The position numbers were made by a program, and so were the translations under genes. From contig OY771587.1 of the NCBI GenBank assembly GCA_963674825.1, forward strand, positions 2,080,001-2,144,000: a stretch of 64,000 bases of DNA. The letters run 5' to 3'. Positions 1 to 9,213 of this stretch are shown piece by piece. The first letter of the stretch is position 1, and the number at the start of each line of letters is the position of its first letter. Origin of the DNA: Candidatus Cloacimonadales bacterium. Lineage in GTDB: Bacteria; Cloacimonadota; Cloacimonadia; Cloacimonadales; JAIOQZ01. The notes below the pieces were generated by a model, which was given only the letters and a program-made list of their open reading frames with translations, ran no database searches and was not told where the DNA came from.

Positions 1-11
1 CTGAAAATATC

Positions 12-41
12 AAGGGAGCGAGCTAACTCGCTCCCTTTTTT
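12..41 (+). terminator. Rho-independent terminator of an upstream gene outside the window
   Basis: Stem AAGGGAGCGAG / CTCGCTCCCTT with a 4-nt loop, followed by a T-run. Confidence 0.75.
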
Positions 42-407
42 GTTTTTGCATGCCGGGATAATGTGAATGGGGAAACATTATTTTGAAAAAAATGTGTGAA
101 ACCAAAAAAAAATTTGACAAACTAAATGTCATATGATCAAATTCTGTCTGTTATAGAAGGTGAAACCATCCTGGCAAGGTGGATTTACATCAGATGAGCC
201 TCAAATCCTGCAACATAAAAGGGGAGAATATAGTATCTTGTTATTCGATTTACCGTTTTATATCAGGCTGACGGCATATCAGCAACAAAATTCATTACCA
301 TTCATGGGGATATTTCATGGGAACCATTCATAATTTCTGCGCGCTTATGGGGTTCTTTCATGATCAATATATCTATTTCACGCAAAGGCATACGTAAGGA
401 GGAAAAC

Positions 408-3400
408 ATGAAAAAAACAGTTGTCTTGATTGCGTTTCTATTCGTGATGTCTGTGGCGCTTGTCGCGGTACAGGCCAGTACTACAACGTCGTACGATCCA
501 ACCAAACGGATCGAAAACCCGTCACCTTCATTGCTCTTTGAAATGAAACAAAGAGCAACAGATGGTGAGGCTACTGCTCAGGAAATGGCAATGCTGAACA
601 AAGCTCAGCAGAATTTTGTCGTCGCTCCGGCAATCGGAACACGCGATGATGCAACCGTCTATCCGCAAGGTGTTGCGAATTGGACAGGAACCACAACCAG
701 TTCTGCAATAACCGACAACAATGAAGTTCGCGGTTATAACACAGAAGACGGCTGGTTCATGTTCGACGTCTCTGGCATCCCAGCAGGATCGATCATTTCG
801 AACATCCAGTTCAATGGTTATGTCAATGCGACCTATTATCCCTACTGGTCCATGACTCCGCTCACAAGCGATCCGCTTACCGCTGATGCAGCTACTCTTT
901 CAGCTGACATCGTTGCCGAGCAATCATCAGGTTACTACCTGTACCAGAACGAGTCCAGCAGCTATGCAACCGGCTGGAAACAACTCAACCTTGGCGGTAC
1001 TGCGGTTACAGATTGCCAGAATGCGCTTACCCAGGGCTGGTTTGCTATGGGTATGGCAAGCCGTGACAACAGTACGTCCTGGTATATCAACTGGTATGGC
1101 TGGAACGATGCGGGATACGAGCCTTATCTCGTGATCTCCTACCTGCCGCCTGTATCCGAAGCCTCCCTGATGAGTGGAACAGTCTCTCCGGAAAATGGCA
1201 TGGGCGACACCGAATTTACCTATGAAGTGTTGTACGCAAATCCGACTGGTAACGCACCTACTCAGTATGATGTCGTTATCGATGGATCTTCTTATGCCAT
1301 GACACCGCCGGCTGGAACTCCCGACTATACCGCATGGCAGACATTCACTTACACTACCACCCTCTCCGGTGGAAGCCACGAATACTACTTTGACTTCGTA
1401 GCGGAAGGCTCAGGTTTAGTTCTTCCTGAAACAGCGCCTACAACACCGTTCTATGGTCCTACCGTATTTGTTCCCCTTTCGGGAACTTATGTGATCGACG
1501 CGGCTGGTGGCGGTGATTTCACAACCTTTCAGGAATGTTTCGACGTTCTTGTAATGGTTGGAACCGATGGCGCTCCTGTCAACATCGAAGTAGCGGCTGG
1601 TACATACGAAGAAACAGCGGTTCTTGTTGGTCCGTTGGTCGGTCCAGATGCATCGAACATGGTTCACTTCTATCCGCAGGGCGGCGAAGTAATCGTCGAT
1701 GGTTCAACTGGTCTCGATGTTGCACCTTTGTACTTGCAGTCTGCTAATTACTTGTGGATTGATGGATTCACACTTACAGGTGGTTCAAATGCTGGTATCC
1801 GCTCCGAATATACTGATGGAGTATGGATTTCCAACTGTAACGCCAACTACAATGGCTGGATGGGTATCTGTACAATCGGTTGTACAAACACCTTGATCTG
1901 GAACAACATGTCCAGCAACAACCTCGTACAGCAGATCCGTATCGATGGCGGTGGCGTTGGCTCGGGTAACGTTCTCTGGAACAACTCGACCTATCCGCTT
2001 TACTCTAACGGTTATGATGGAACCTACTGTATGCTCATCAGCGATGATGAAGTATCAGTTGTAAATAATATCTTCCACCTCAACCATAATGCTGGTGGCG
2101 GATACTGTGTTTACATCGGCGTCATGGATCTGACAACTCATCCTAATACATTCTCCGATCACAACGACTTCTATGTCGAGAACGGACTTGGTCTCATCTA
2201 TCTTGCGGATTCAGATGTAGTCTATACTGATCTGGCTGCATGGCAGACTGCTTCCGGACTGGATGGCAACTCTGTCGTAGGCGATCCTCTGTTTAATGAT
2301 CCTGACAATACTGACCTGCATATCGCTGGTATCGGTTCCGAATACTCTGCAGCTTACCAGACCGGTACTAACACCGGTGCATGGTTCATGGATGACTTTG
2401 ATGGCGATACCCGTGTAACCCCGTGGGATATGGGTGCCGACATGATCGTTCCTCCGACGACTCCGGTCTTCGAAGATGGCGACATCAACTTCAAAACCGG
2501 TCACCAGTACACGGCATATGAATGGTCCGTGCACTATTTCCACCCGGCCGGTACAGCTCCGACCTCGATTCAGCTCGTGCGTGATGGCAACCCATTCGGC
2601 GCTGTCAACATGACTCTTCAAGATGGCGTTGCTGGCAACGGTATCTATTCCTATAGCTCCACGATGGCTGTCGGTACTCATACGTACTACTTTACAGCCA
2701 ACACTGATCAGGGACCCATCAGATTCCCCGAAACTGGTTCGGAAACCGGTCCTATCGTAACTTCCGAAACACCGGAAGCATTCCCATATATTGAAAGCTG
2801 GGATGGACTGACTGAACTTCCGGCAACTTGGACAACCCAGGGACTTGGTGAAGATAACTGGTTCCTTAATGCTTCAAACAGTGCCGGTGGCGAAACCCCC
2901 GAACTCTACTTCTACTACGATCCGTCATTCGATGGCATGAGCCGTCTCGTTTCTCCGATGATCGACACATCTGGTCAAACCCAGCTTGAGCTGCTGATCC
3001 AGCAGTATGTTGCCGATTTTTCAAGCGGCTACGATATTGGTGTTGCTACAACATCAAATGGTGGGTATACATGGAACACCGCATGGTCGATGGTTGGTGC
3101 TTTTATTGATCCGTCAGAACTCGATATTACCATCAGCACACCTGATGTAGGTTCCGATCACCTTCAGTTCTGCTTCTTCTTCGATGGCCCATCTTACAAC
3201 ATTGATTGGTGGATCATTGACGATCTCAGACTGATTCCCTGGACTCCGTATGATGTCGAGTTCATAACTGCTGATCAGACTGGCGCAGAATCTGCAGGTA
3301 ACGATCTGATGTATGCTGTTGAAATTCAGAATACAGGTATTTCTGCTGATACATTCGATTTGACTGTTGAAGGTAATACATGGACAACGACATTCTGGAA

Positions 3401-4811
3401 CACTCCAGATGGAACTCGTAGAAGCCAGATTACCGATACCGGTTTAATCGACGCAGGCGCAACGGCAACCATCTATGTGAAGGTTCATGTGGACGAACTT
3501 GCTTCAAACTACACGACAGATACAGCTGCAATTATCGCTACTTCTCAGAGCGACAGCTATAAAACTGATTTCATGCTTATTTCAACCGATTGTGTACCTT
3601 CCTATGAATTCGGAGCGACAATCGATTTTACCGCATTGTCCGGCTACGTTGGCAATACTGTAACCTATACAGTGACCATTGAAAACACTGGCTCGATCGA
3701 TGATACCTATACACTCAGCGTGGCCAACAACAACTGGACAACAAGCTGGGTTGATGGCGCATCAATCGCTATCGTCGCTGGTGACGCAGATACAGCGGAA
3801 ATCGAAGTTATCGTTGAAGGCGCTGGTGGCGAAACTGATGTACCGACACTCACGGTCACATCTGATGGCGATCCTACCATGTATGCCGAATTTATAGTAA
3901 CAACAACTGCTATCGGTACCGAAGGTGAAGGTCTGAACTTCTACTACACCTGGATGAGCAGCATGAACCCTGCTGGACCAGAATATGACTGGTACGAACC
4001 CGTAACCCGTGAATCGATCACGCTTCCTAGCGATGATGGTAAAGTTGGTCCTATCACAATCGGTTTCGACTTCCCGTATTATGGTCAGACGAAGACCGAA
4101 TACTATGTTGAAGGTAATGGCGGTATCAGCTTCCAAAACTACTCGCTGTCCTTCACCAATACCACAATGCCGAATACATCGACTCCGAATGATCTGATCG
4201 CGCTGTTCTGGGATGACCTGAACTCTGCGGAAGTTCCTGTTGACGGTACACCGGCGATTTTCGTGGAAGATGCGGTTATCGATGAGATGAACGCTCATGT
4301 GATCACATACGATCATTATGGCGAATATGACTCAAATGACAACGGATATTATCTGACAGCTCAGCTGATCCTGTTCGAAAACGGTAACATCAAAATGCAG
4401 TACAAGTACTTCTATCCTGGTTTCGATATGACCGGCGCAACCATCGGTATCGAAAACAGTACCGGTACAGATGCCGTACTGTATGAATTCGACGCGGATT
4501 ACATCCAGCAGGATGAATTTGCGATCATGTACTACTACACACCGCTGAATCTTACCAACAGTCAGGACGGTGTTAACTTGATGCTCGACTGGGATGAAGT
4601 GCAGGGCGCTGAATACTACAAAGTATACAGCAGCACAGATCCTTATGCGACATTCCCGGATAACTGGACTCTGGAAACAGAAACTGCTACGACAGAATAC
4701 ACCGAAGCTCTTACAACCGGTAAGTTCTTCATCGTATCGTTTGGCAACAGTGTCGTTCTCCGCGCGCAATCTAATCCTGAAGTTCGCCAAGAAGTGAAGG
4801 AAACGAAATAG
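408..4811 (+). CDS. Large secreted multidomain protein (Ig-like repeats, right-handed beta-helix, MAM/adhesin-like, NEW3-like and nidogen-like regions, FN3-like C-terminal domain)
   Basis: ATG at 408 follows the RBS AAGGAGG; signal peptide MKKTVVLIAFLFVMSVALVAVQA; N/G-rich beta-helix segment; 'DDGKVGPITIGFDFPYYG...IALFWDDL' nidogen-like motif. Confidence 0.8.
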   Translation: MKKTVVLIAFLFVMSVALVAVQASTTTSYDPTKRIENPSPSLLFEMKQRATDGEATAQEMAMLNKAQQNFVVAPAIGTRDDATVYPQGVANWTGTTTSSAITDNNEVRGYNTEDGWFMFDVSGIPAGSIISNIQFNGYVNATYYPYWSMTPLTSDPLTADAATLSADIVAEQSSGYYLYQNESSSYATGWKQLNLGGTAVTDCQNALTQGWFAMGMASRDNSTSWYINWYGWNDAGYEPYLVISYLPPVSEASLMSGTVSPENGMGDTEFTYEVLYANPTGNAPTQYDVVIDGSSYAMTPPAGTPDYTAWQTFTYTTTLSGGSHEYYFDFVAEGSGLVLPETAPTTPFYGPTVFVPLSGTYVIDAAGGGDFTTFQECFDVLVMVGTDGAPVNIEVAAGTYEETAVLVGPLVGPDASNMVHFYPQGGEVIVDGSTGLDVAPLYLQSANYLWIDGFTLTGGSNAGIRSEYTDGVWISNCNANYNGWMGICTIGCTNTLIWNNMSSNNLVQQIRIDGGGVGSGNVLWNNSTYPLYSNGYDGTYCMLISDDEVSVVNNIFHLNHNAGGGYCVYIGVMDLTTHPNTFSDHNDFYVENGLGLIYLADSDVVYTDLAAWQTASGLDGNSVVGDPLFNDPDNTDLHIAGIGSEYSAAYQTGTNTGAWFMDDFDGDTRVTPWDMGADMIVPPTTPVFEDGDINFKTGHQYTAYEWSVHYFHPAGTAPTSIQLVRDGNPFGAVNMTLQDGVAGNGIYSYSSTMAVGTHTYYFTANTDQGPIRFPETGSETGPIVTSETPEAFPYIESWDGLTELPATWTTQGLGEDNWFLNASNSAGGETPELYFYYDPSFDGMSRLVSPMIDTSGQTQLELLIQQYVADFSSGYDIGVATTSNGGYTWNTAWSMVGAFIDPSELDITISTPDVGSDHLQFCFFFDGPSYNIDWWIIDDLRLIPWTPYDVEFITADQTGAESAGNDLMYAVEIQNTGISADTFDLTVEGNTWTTTFWNTPDGTRRSQITDTGLIDAGATATIYVKVHVDELASNYTTDTAAIIATSQSDSYKTDFMLISTDCVPSYEFGATIDFTALSGYVGNTVTYTVTIENTGSIDDTYTLSVANNNWTTSWVDGASIAIVAGDADTAEIEVIVEGAGGETDVPTLTVTSDGDPTMYAEFIVTTTAIGTEGEGLNFYYTWMSSMNPAGPEYDWYEPVTRESITLPSDDGKVGPITIGFDFPYYGQTKTEYYVEGNGGISFQNYSLSFTNTTMPNTSTPNDLIALFWDDLNSAEVPVDGTPAIFVEDAVIDEMNAHVITYDHYGEYDSNDNGYYLTAQLILFENGNIKMQYKYFYPGFDMTGATIGIENSTGTDAVLYEFDADYIQQDEFAIMYYYTPLNLTNSQDGVNLMLDWDEVQGAEYYKVYSSTDPYATFPDNWTLETETATTEYTEALTTGKFFIVSFGNSVVLRAQSNPEVRQEVKETK

Positions 4812-4820
4812 GTCGATTTA

Positions 4821-4851
4821 TGCGGTCGACCGAAAAAAACGGTCGACCGCA
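4821..4851. terminator. Perfect 12-bp hairpin after the first gene (terminator or processing site)
   Basis: TGCGGTCGACCG-A7-CGGTCGACCGCA. Confidence 0.55.
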
Positions 4852-4950
4852 AAATAAAAAGATTGACAAGCTTGTTATATGAACAAGAATAATGACGGCA
4901 ATAAATGGGGAAATTAATACTGACAAAATAAAACCTGTAAGGGGGAACGA

Positions 4951-5613
4951 ATGAAAAGAGTTATCTTACCGTTACTTGTACTTTTCGGACTCTCAATGCT
5001 TTTCGCATTGGAATCAGATCCCAGTGATGTCGTAGGGTACATTCAGTACACCATCGACGCTAACAACTATGGTATGGTCGCACTGCCGTTTGGCTCAGGT
5101 CTTACCATGGCAAGCGAACTTGCCGCTGAAATCAGCCCCAACATCACAACCGTGGTTGCTTGGAGCGGTGGTACCTGGCAGCAGCACGCTGTTGGTTATC
5201 CTGGTACTGATTTCGCTGTCGCTGACGACAATTCTTACCTTGTCGCGAATGGTGATTCTAACCCGGTCGTATGGTATGCTGAAGGTACCGTGGGAACTCC
5301 CGCTGCTTTCGATATCGTCGGTGCAGACTACACCCAGATCATGCTTCCGCTTGATTGTAGCGACCTCACACTGGCAAGCGAACTGGCTTCCGATATCGGC
5401 ACAGATGTAACGACTATCGTTACTTGGAGTGCTGGTACTTGGGCACAGCACGCTGTTGGCTATCCTGGTACTGATTTCGCAGTCGAAATTGGTGGTGGTT
5501 ACCTTGTTTACTCAAACACCGCTTATACTGGCTGGAATGGTTCTGTCCGTAATGCAGTCCGCGTCCAGACTCCTGTAAACAGTAATGTAGCAAAGAAAGA
5601 AATAAAGGAGTAA
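4951..5613 (+). CDS. Secreted protein with an internal 88-aa duplication
   Basis: RBS AAGGGGG; signal peptide; repeat 'ASELA..I....TTxVxWSxGTWxQHAVGYPGTDFAV' occurs twice. Confidence 0.8.
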   Translation: MKRVILPLLVLFGLSMLFALESDPSDVVGYIQYTIDANNYGMVALPFGSGLTMASELAAEISPNITTVVAWSGGTWQQHAVGYPGTDFAVADDNSYLVANGDSNPVVWYAEGTVGTPAAFDIVGADYTQIMLPLDCSDLTLASELASDIGTDVTTIVTWSAGTWAQHAVGYPGTDFAVEIGGGYLVYSNTAYTGWNGSVRNAVRVQTPVNSNVAKKEIKE

Positions 5614-5616
5614 GAC

Positions 5617-7650
5617 ATGAAAAAAACATTAGGTTTAGTCTTCTTGCTTTTAATCGCAAGCTTCGCGTTTGCACAACCCGGTACGCCGCACCTTATGGTT
5701 GGCTATTCCTTCTTTGAAGATGGAGTAACAATCCACAATGATATGGGGTACAAGTTCTACAATGAAACCTACAACTTCGGAACCTACTATTATAACTGGC
5801 CCGAACAAGCTGATAACGCTTCTGGCTCCAGCTATAACTACTCCGATGGTACCGTTTCGATCCAGCTTTCTCCGATGCTCGTTCACATGGGCGGTAATGT
5901 CATCAACGTTACCCTGAGAGAAAACTCAACTGGCGAAGAATGGAATGGTACATTTATTCACAGTTCTGGCGCAATCACTGAAATCGGAACGATCAACTTC
6001 GGCTCAACCGGTCCTACCCCTTACACTATCAGTGGTAACATTGGTATGGCTGGCGTGACCTTTACCGGTATCAACACTGATCCGGTTGAAGTTGTTACCG
6101 ACGGTACCGGTGCATGGCAATTCACAGCTGTTGCTGGCGCTGAAGTAACCATCACCCCGGCAAAAGAAGGTTATACCTTCGATCCGACCAACTTCTACGC
6201 TGCTGCGATCGATCAAGATTACCTTGGTTTCGTATTTACAGCAAACGAATGGGCACCAGACATGCCTATGAATCCTTATCCTGCAAACGGTTCCAACGGT
6301 GTTGCAACCGAGCTTCCTTACCTGTGGTGGGATGCTCCGGAAGCTGGCGTTGCTCCGACAAGCTACTTTGTAACTTTGTCGATGAACGCTGACTACTCTG
6401 CACCGATTATCGACAATGCAGAAACAACAGACCTCATGTATGCCATTCCTGGCGCACTTGATATGGGCACCATGTACTATGCAATGGTTACCCCGCACTA
6501 TGCACCTCCCGCACGCGCGGCTGGTTCATTCAAGACCGACATGACCGTCCGTACACTCAGCAAATCCACCAAGAGCCGTGACTTTGGTCCAGCTCTTGAA
6601 TGGTCATTTGAAACCTACGTTGAAGGCGGAAACGCCTCTCAGAACGGTGGAAACTGCAACGGTACAGATCCTGTACAGATCGACCTTCCTGGCGTAACCG
6701 TCATCATCGACCCTGCAACTGGCGTTGCTGCGTTCATCGTTGTTGACTGGACAGACGCTATCGCTACTCTTTACAGCTTTGGCGCACCGGCACTTCCGCT
6801 GCCCGATGCTACATTCCTGTTCGGCTTCAATATCGACGCCTCTGATCCTTCGAACCTCAACGGTGTTATCACCCTGAACGTTGGTCCTGGTCGCACCATC
6901 ACCAACCTCTACGTGAACAACAGCGGTTCTTGGTTCGAACCGGCTACCTGGAGCTATGACGACGTAACCGGTATCATCACCATTTCGGATCTGGGTCTTT
7001 CCAGCCGCGTTGGTGGCGACATCGAGATTACCGTTCATGACGCAACCCTGCCGGTTGAATTCAGCACATTCGCAGCTACCTTCATGCAGGAAGGTAACGT
7101 CCTCCTTCAATGGACGACCGAAACCGAAACTGACATGATGGGCTTCTACGTGCTTCGTAGCGAAACCAACGATCAGAACGACGCTATCCGTGTCAACCCG
7201 ACCGTTATCGCTGCCACAAACACCAGCATGACTGCTGACTACGAAATGATTGATTCCGAAGTTGAAGTTGGCGAATACTACTACTGGATCGAAGCGATCG
7301 AGAACAATGGTATGACCTTCTTCCACGGTCCGCAGACCGTTACTGTCACTGAGAACCAGGAAGTTATGCCTCAGTTCACAGTGCTGACTAACGCTTATCC
7401 GAACCCGTTCAACCCGGAAACCACGATCCATTTCGATATCGCTGAAGGCGAAACCGGAAGTCTGACCATTTACAACGTTCTTGGTCAGGTCGTGAAGACT
7501 TATGGAACATTCGACGCGAAAGCTAACGGCCATGACGTTAAGTGGCATGGTACCGACGACAATGGTAACAATGTCGGTTCCGGTATCTATTTCTATCGCC
7601 TCGAAACCGATTCCTACAAGAGCATCAAGAAGATGCTGCTTCTGAAATAA
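5617..7650 (+). CDS. Secreted protein with FlgD-Ig/T9SS type A-like C-terminal domain
   Basis: RBS AAGGAG; signal peptide; TLPVEFSTFAA motif; C-terminus NAYPNPFNPETTI...SGIYFYRL...KKMLLLK. Confidence 0.85.
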   Translation: MKKTLGLVFLLLIASFAFAQPGTPHLMVGYSFFEDGVTIHNDMGYKFYNETYNFGTYYYNWPEQADNASGSSYNYSDGTVSIQLSPMLVHMGGNVINVTLRENSTGEEWNGTFIHSSGAITEIGTINFGSTGPTPYTISGNIGMAGVTFTGINTDPVEVVTDGTGAWQFTAVAGAEVTITPAKEGYTFDPTNFYAAAIDQDYLGFVFTANEWAPDMPMNPYPANGSNGVATELPYLWWDAPEAGVAPTSYFVTLSMNADYSAPIIDNAETTDLMYAIPGALDMGTMYYAMVTPHYAPPARAAGSFKTDMTVRTLSKSTKSRDFGPALEWSFETYVEGGNASQNGGNCNGTDPVQIDLPGVTVIIDPATGVAAFIVVDWTDAIATLYSFGAPALPLPDATFLFGFNIDASDPSNLNGVITLNVGPGRTITNLYVNNSGSWFEPATWSYDDVTGIITISDLGLSSRVGGDIEITVHDATLPVEFSTFAATFMQEGNVLLQWTTETETDMMGFYVLRSETNDQNDAIRVNPTVIAATNTSMTADYEMIDSEVEVGEYYYWIEAIENNGMTFFHGPQTVTVTENQEVMPQFTVLTNAYPNPFNPETTIHFDIAEGETGSLTIYNVLGQVVKTYGTFDAKANGHDVKWHGTDDNGNNVGSGIYFYRLETDSYKSIKKMLLLK

Positions 7651-7671
7651 TCAGATAGCTGCATTCATTAT

Positions 7672-7701
7672 AAAAAGGCTGGCGTTTGCCAGCCTTTTTT
7701 T
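7672..7701 (+). terminator. Rho-independent terminator
   Basis: AAAAAGGCTGGC-gttt-GCCAGCCTTTTTTT. Confidence 0.85.
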
Positions 7702-7789
7702 GTTGTCAGATCTTGTTCGATCGGTATTTATTGACTCCATACATACAACCGGTAATAAATTCAATAAAGTGCTGTAAGCTGGAGGTAGA

Positions 7790-9142
7790 ATGGATCCCAA
7801 TATCGATAAAATTTGCGATATCATGAAGAATGAAGACCTGGACCAAATCGTAATCGACACGTTCAAAGAATACTACAAACTGATCAAAAAGGGTGCTACA
7901 GGCAAGTTGTCAAAGGATGAAATCCATTCCCCTGAGGACAAGAATGTCGTGCGTTATGACCAGCTTCCTGAAATAGATAAGTCTCATCTTGAAAAACTGG
8001 TTTATGTTAAACTGAATGGTGGGCTTGGGACAAGTATGGGGCTAAAGAGAGCGAAATCATTGCTGCCGGTAAAAGGCGAATATACGTTTCTCGATATCAT
8101 CGCCAGGCAGGTATTGGCGCTTCGTGATTCTACAGGCAAAGATATCCCGCTTCTCTTTATGAATAGCTTCAACACCCACGACGATACGATTGACTTTCTT
8201 GCCAAATATCCCGAGCTTGTTTTACGCGACCTGCCGCTTGATTTTGTGCAAAACAAATTCCCGAAGCTAAAGCGTGAAAATCTTGCTCCGCTTCAAAGCG
8301 AGAATGAGTCGAATAACTGGAATCCGCCGGGACACGGTGACATCTACATGGCGATGGCGATATCAGGAATCCTTGATAAGCTGCTCGAGATGGGATATCG
8401 TTATATGTTTGTATCGAACGCGGATAACCTTGGGGCGACTGTCGATGAGAAGATTCTGAACTGGTTTGCGGAAAACGACATCCCCTTTGCCATGGAAGTA
8501 TGCAGAAGGCTGGACATCGATAAAAAAGGTGGTCACCTGGCACAGGATAAAAATGGTCAACTTCTTCTGCGTGAAGCGGCGCAATGCCCGGATGACGAAG
8601 TGGAAGAGTTTCAGGATATCCAGGTTTATCAATGGTTCAACACGAACAATCTGTGGGTGAATCTCGAAGCGCTCAAAAAGAAACTTGTCGAGAACGACAA
8701 TGTGATGATATTACCGCTGATTCTAAACCCGAAAGTTGTGGATGATGTGCCGGTGTATCAGATCGAAACGGCAATGGGTGCGGCGATCGGTGTATTTGAG
8801 GGAAGCAAAGCGATTGCCGTCCCGAGAAGAAGATTTGCCCCAGTAAAGAAGACCAACGATCTGCTCGTTGTTTGGTCTGATGCCTACGAGCTCGATACGG
8901 CCTGGAGAATCGCTCCGATTGACGGAATGGAGACAATACCCTTCGTGAAGCTCGACGATCGATATTACGGCGATATCGGCGGTCTGTTGAAACATTTCGA
9001 GACGGGAGCGCCATCATTGAAGGAATGTCGCAAGCTGGAGGTCGAAGGGGATATAACGTTTGGCGATAATGTAGTGATCAAGGGAATCGCCCGATTAAAG
9101 GCTGAGCAGCCCACACGGCTTGAGAATATAACGATCGACTGA
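7790..9142 (+). CDS. UTP--glucose-1-phosphate uridylyltransferase, eukaryote-like UDPGP family
   Basis: Motifs KLNGGLGTSMG, LFMNSFNT, WNPPGHGD, FVSNADNLGA, KKGG, FNTNNLW, ETAMG, RFAPVK; RBS GGAGG. Confidence 0.92.
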   Translation: MDPNIDKICDIMKNEDLDQIVIDTFKEYYKLIKKGATGKLSKDEIHSPEDKNVVRYDQLPEIDKSHLEKLVYVKLNGGLGTSMGLKRAKSLLPVKGEYTFLDIIARQVLALRDSTGKDIPLLFMNSFNTHDDTIDFLAKYPELVLRDLPLDFVQNKFPKLKRENLAPLQSENESNNWNPPGHGDIYMAMAISGILDKLLEMGYRYMFVSNADNLGATVDEKILNWFAENDIPFAMEVCRRLDIDKKGGHLAQDKNGQLLLREAAQCPDDEVEEFQDIQVYQWFNTNNLWVNLEALKKKLVENDNVMILPLILNPKVVDDVPVYQIETAMGAAIGVFEGSKAIAVPRRRFAPVKKTNDLLVVWSDAYELDTAWRIAPIDGMETIPFVKLDDRYYGDIGGLLKHFETGAPSLKECRKLEVEGDITFGDNVVIKGIARLKAEQPTRLENITID

Positions 9143-9164
9143 TGAAAAATACACGATAAAGTAA

Positions 9165-9192
9165 AAGCCCTCGTCCTGATGGATGAGGGCTT
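9165..9192. terminator. Likely bidirectional terminator between convergent genes
   Basis: AAGCCCTCGTCC-tgat-GGATGAGGGCTT. Confidence 0.7.
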
Positions 9193-9213
9193 CTATTTAC
9201 CTATAAATGTTGA

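Noticed and set aside
120..400. Riboswitch in the long leader of the first gene
   Set aside because: No recognisable aptamer consensus or expression platform by eye; an Rfam/Infernal scan would be needed.
6604..7548. Long antisense or alternate-frame ORFs (e.g. 6604-7548, 17337-18272, 50153-51094, 55410-56201, 9409-10071)
   Set aside because: Shadows of well-supported genes on the opposite strand with biased codon usage; no RBS or motifs.
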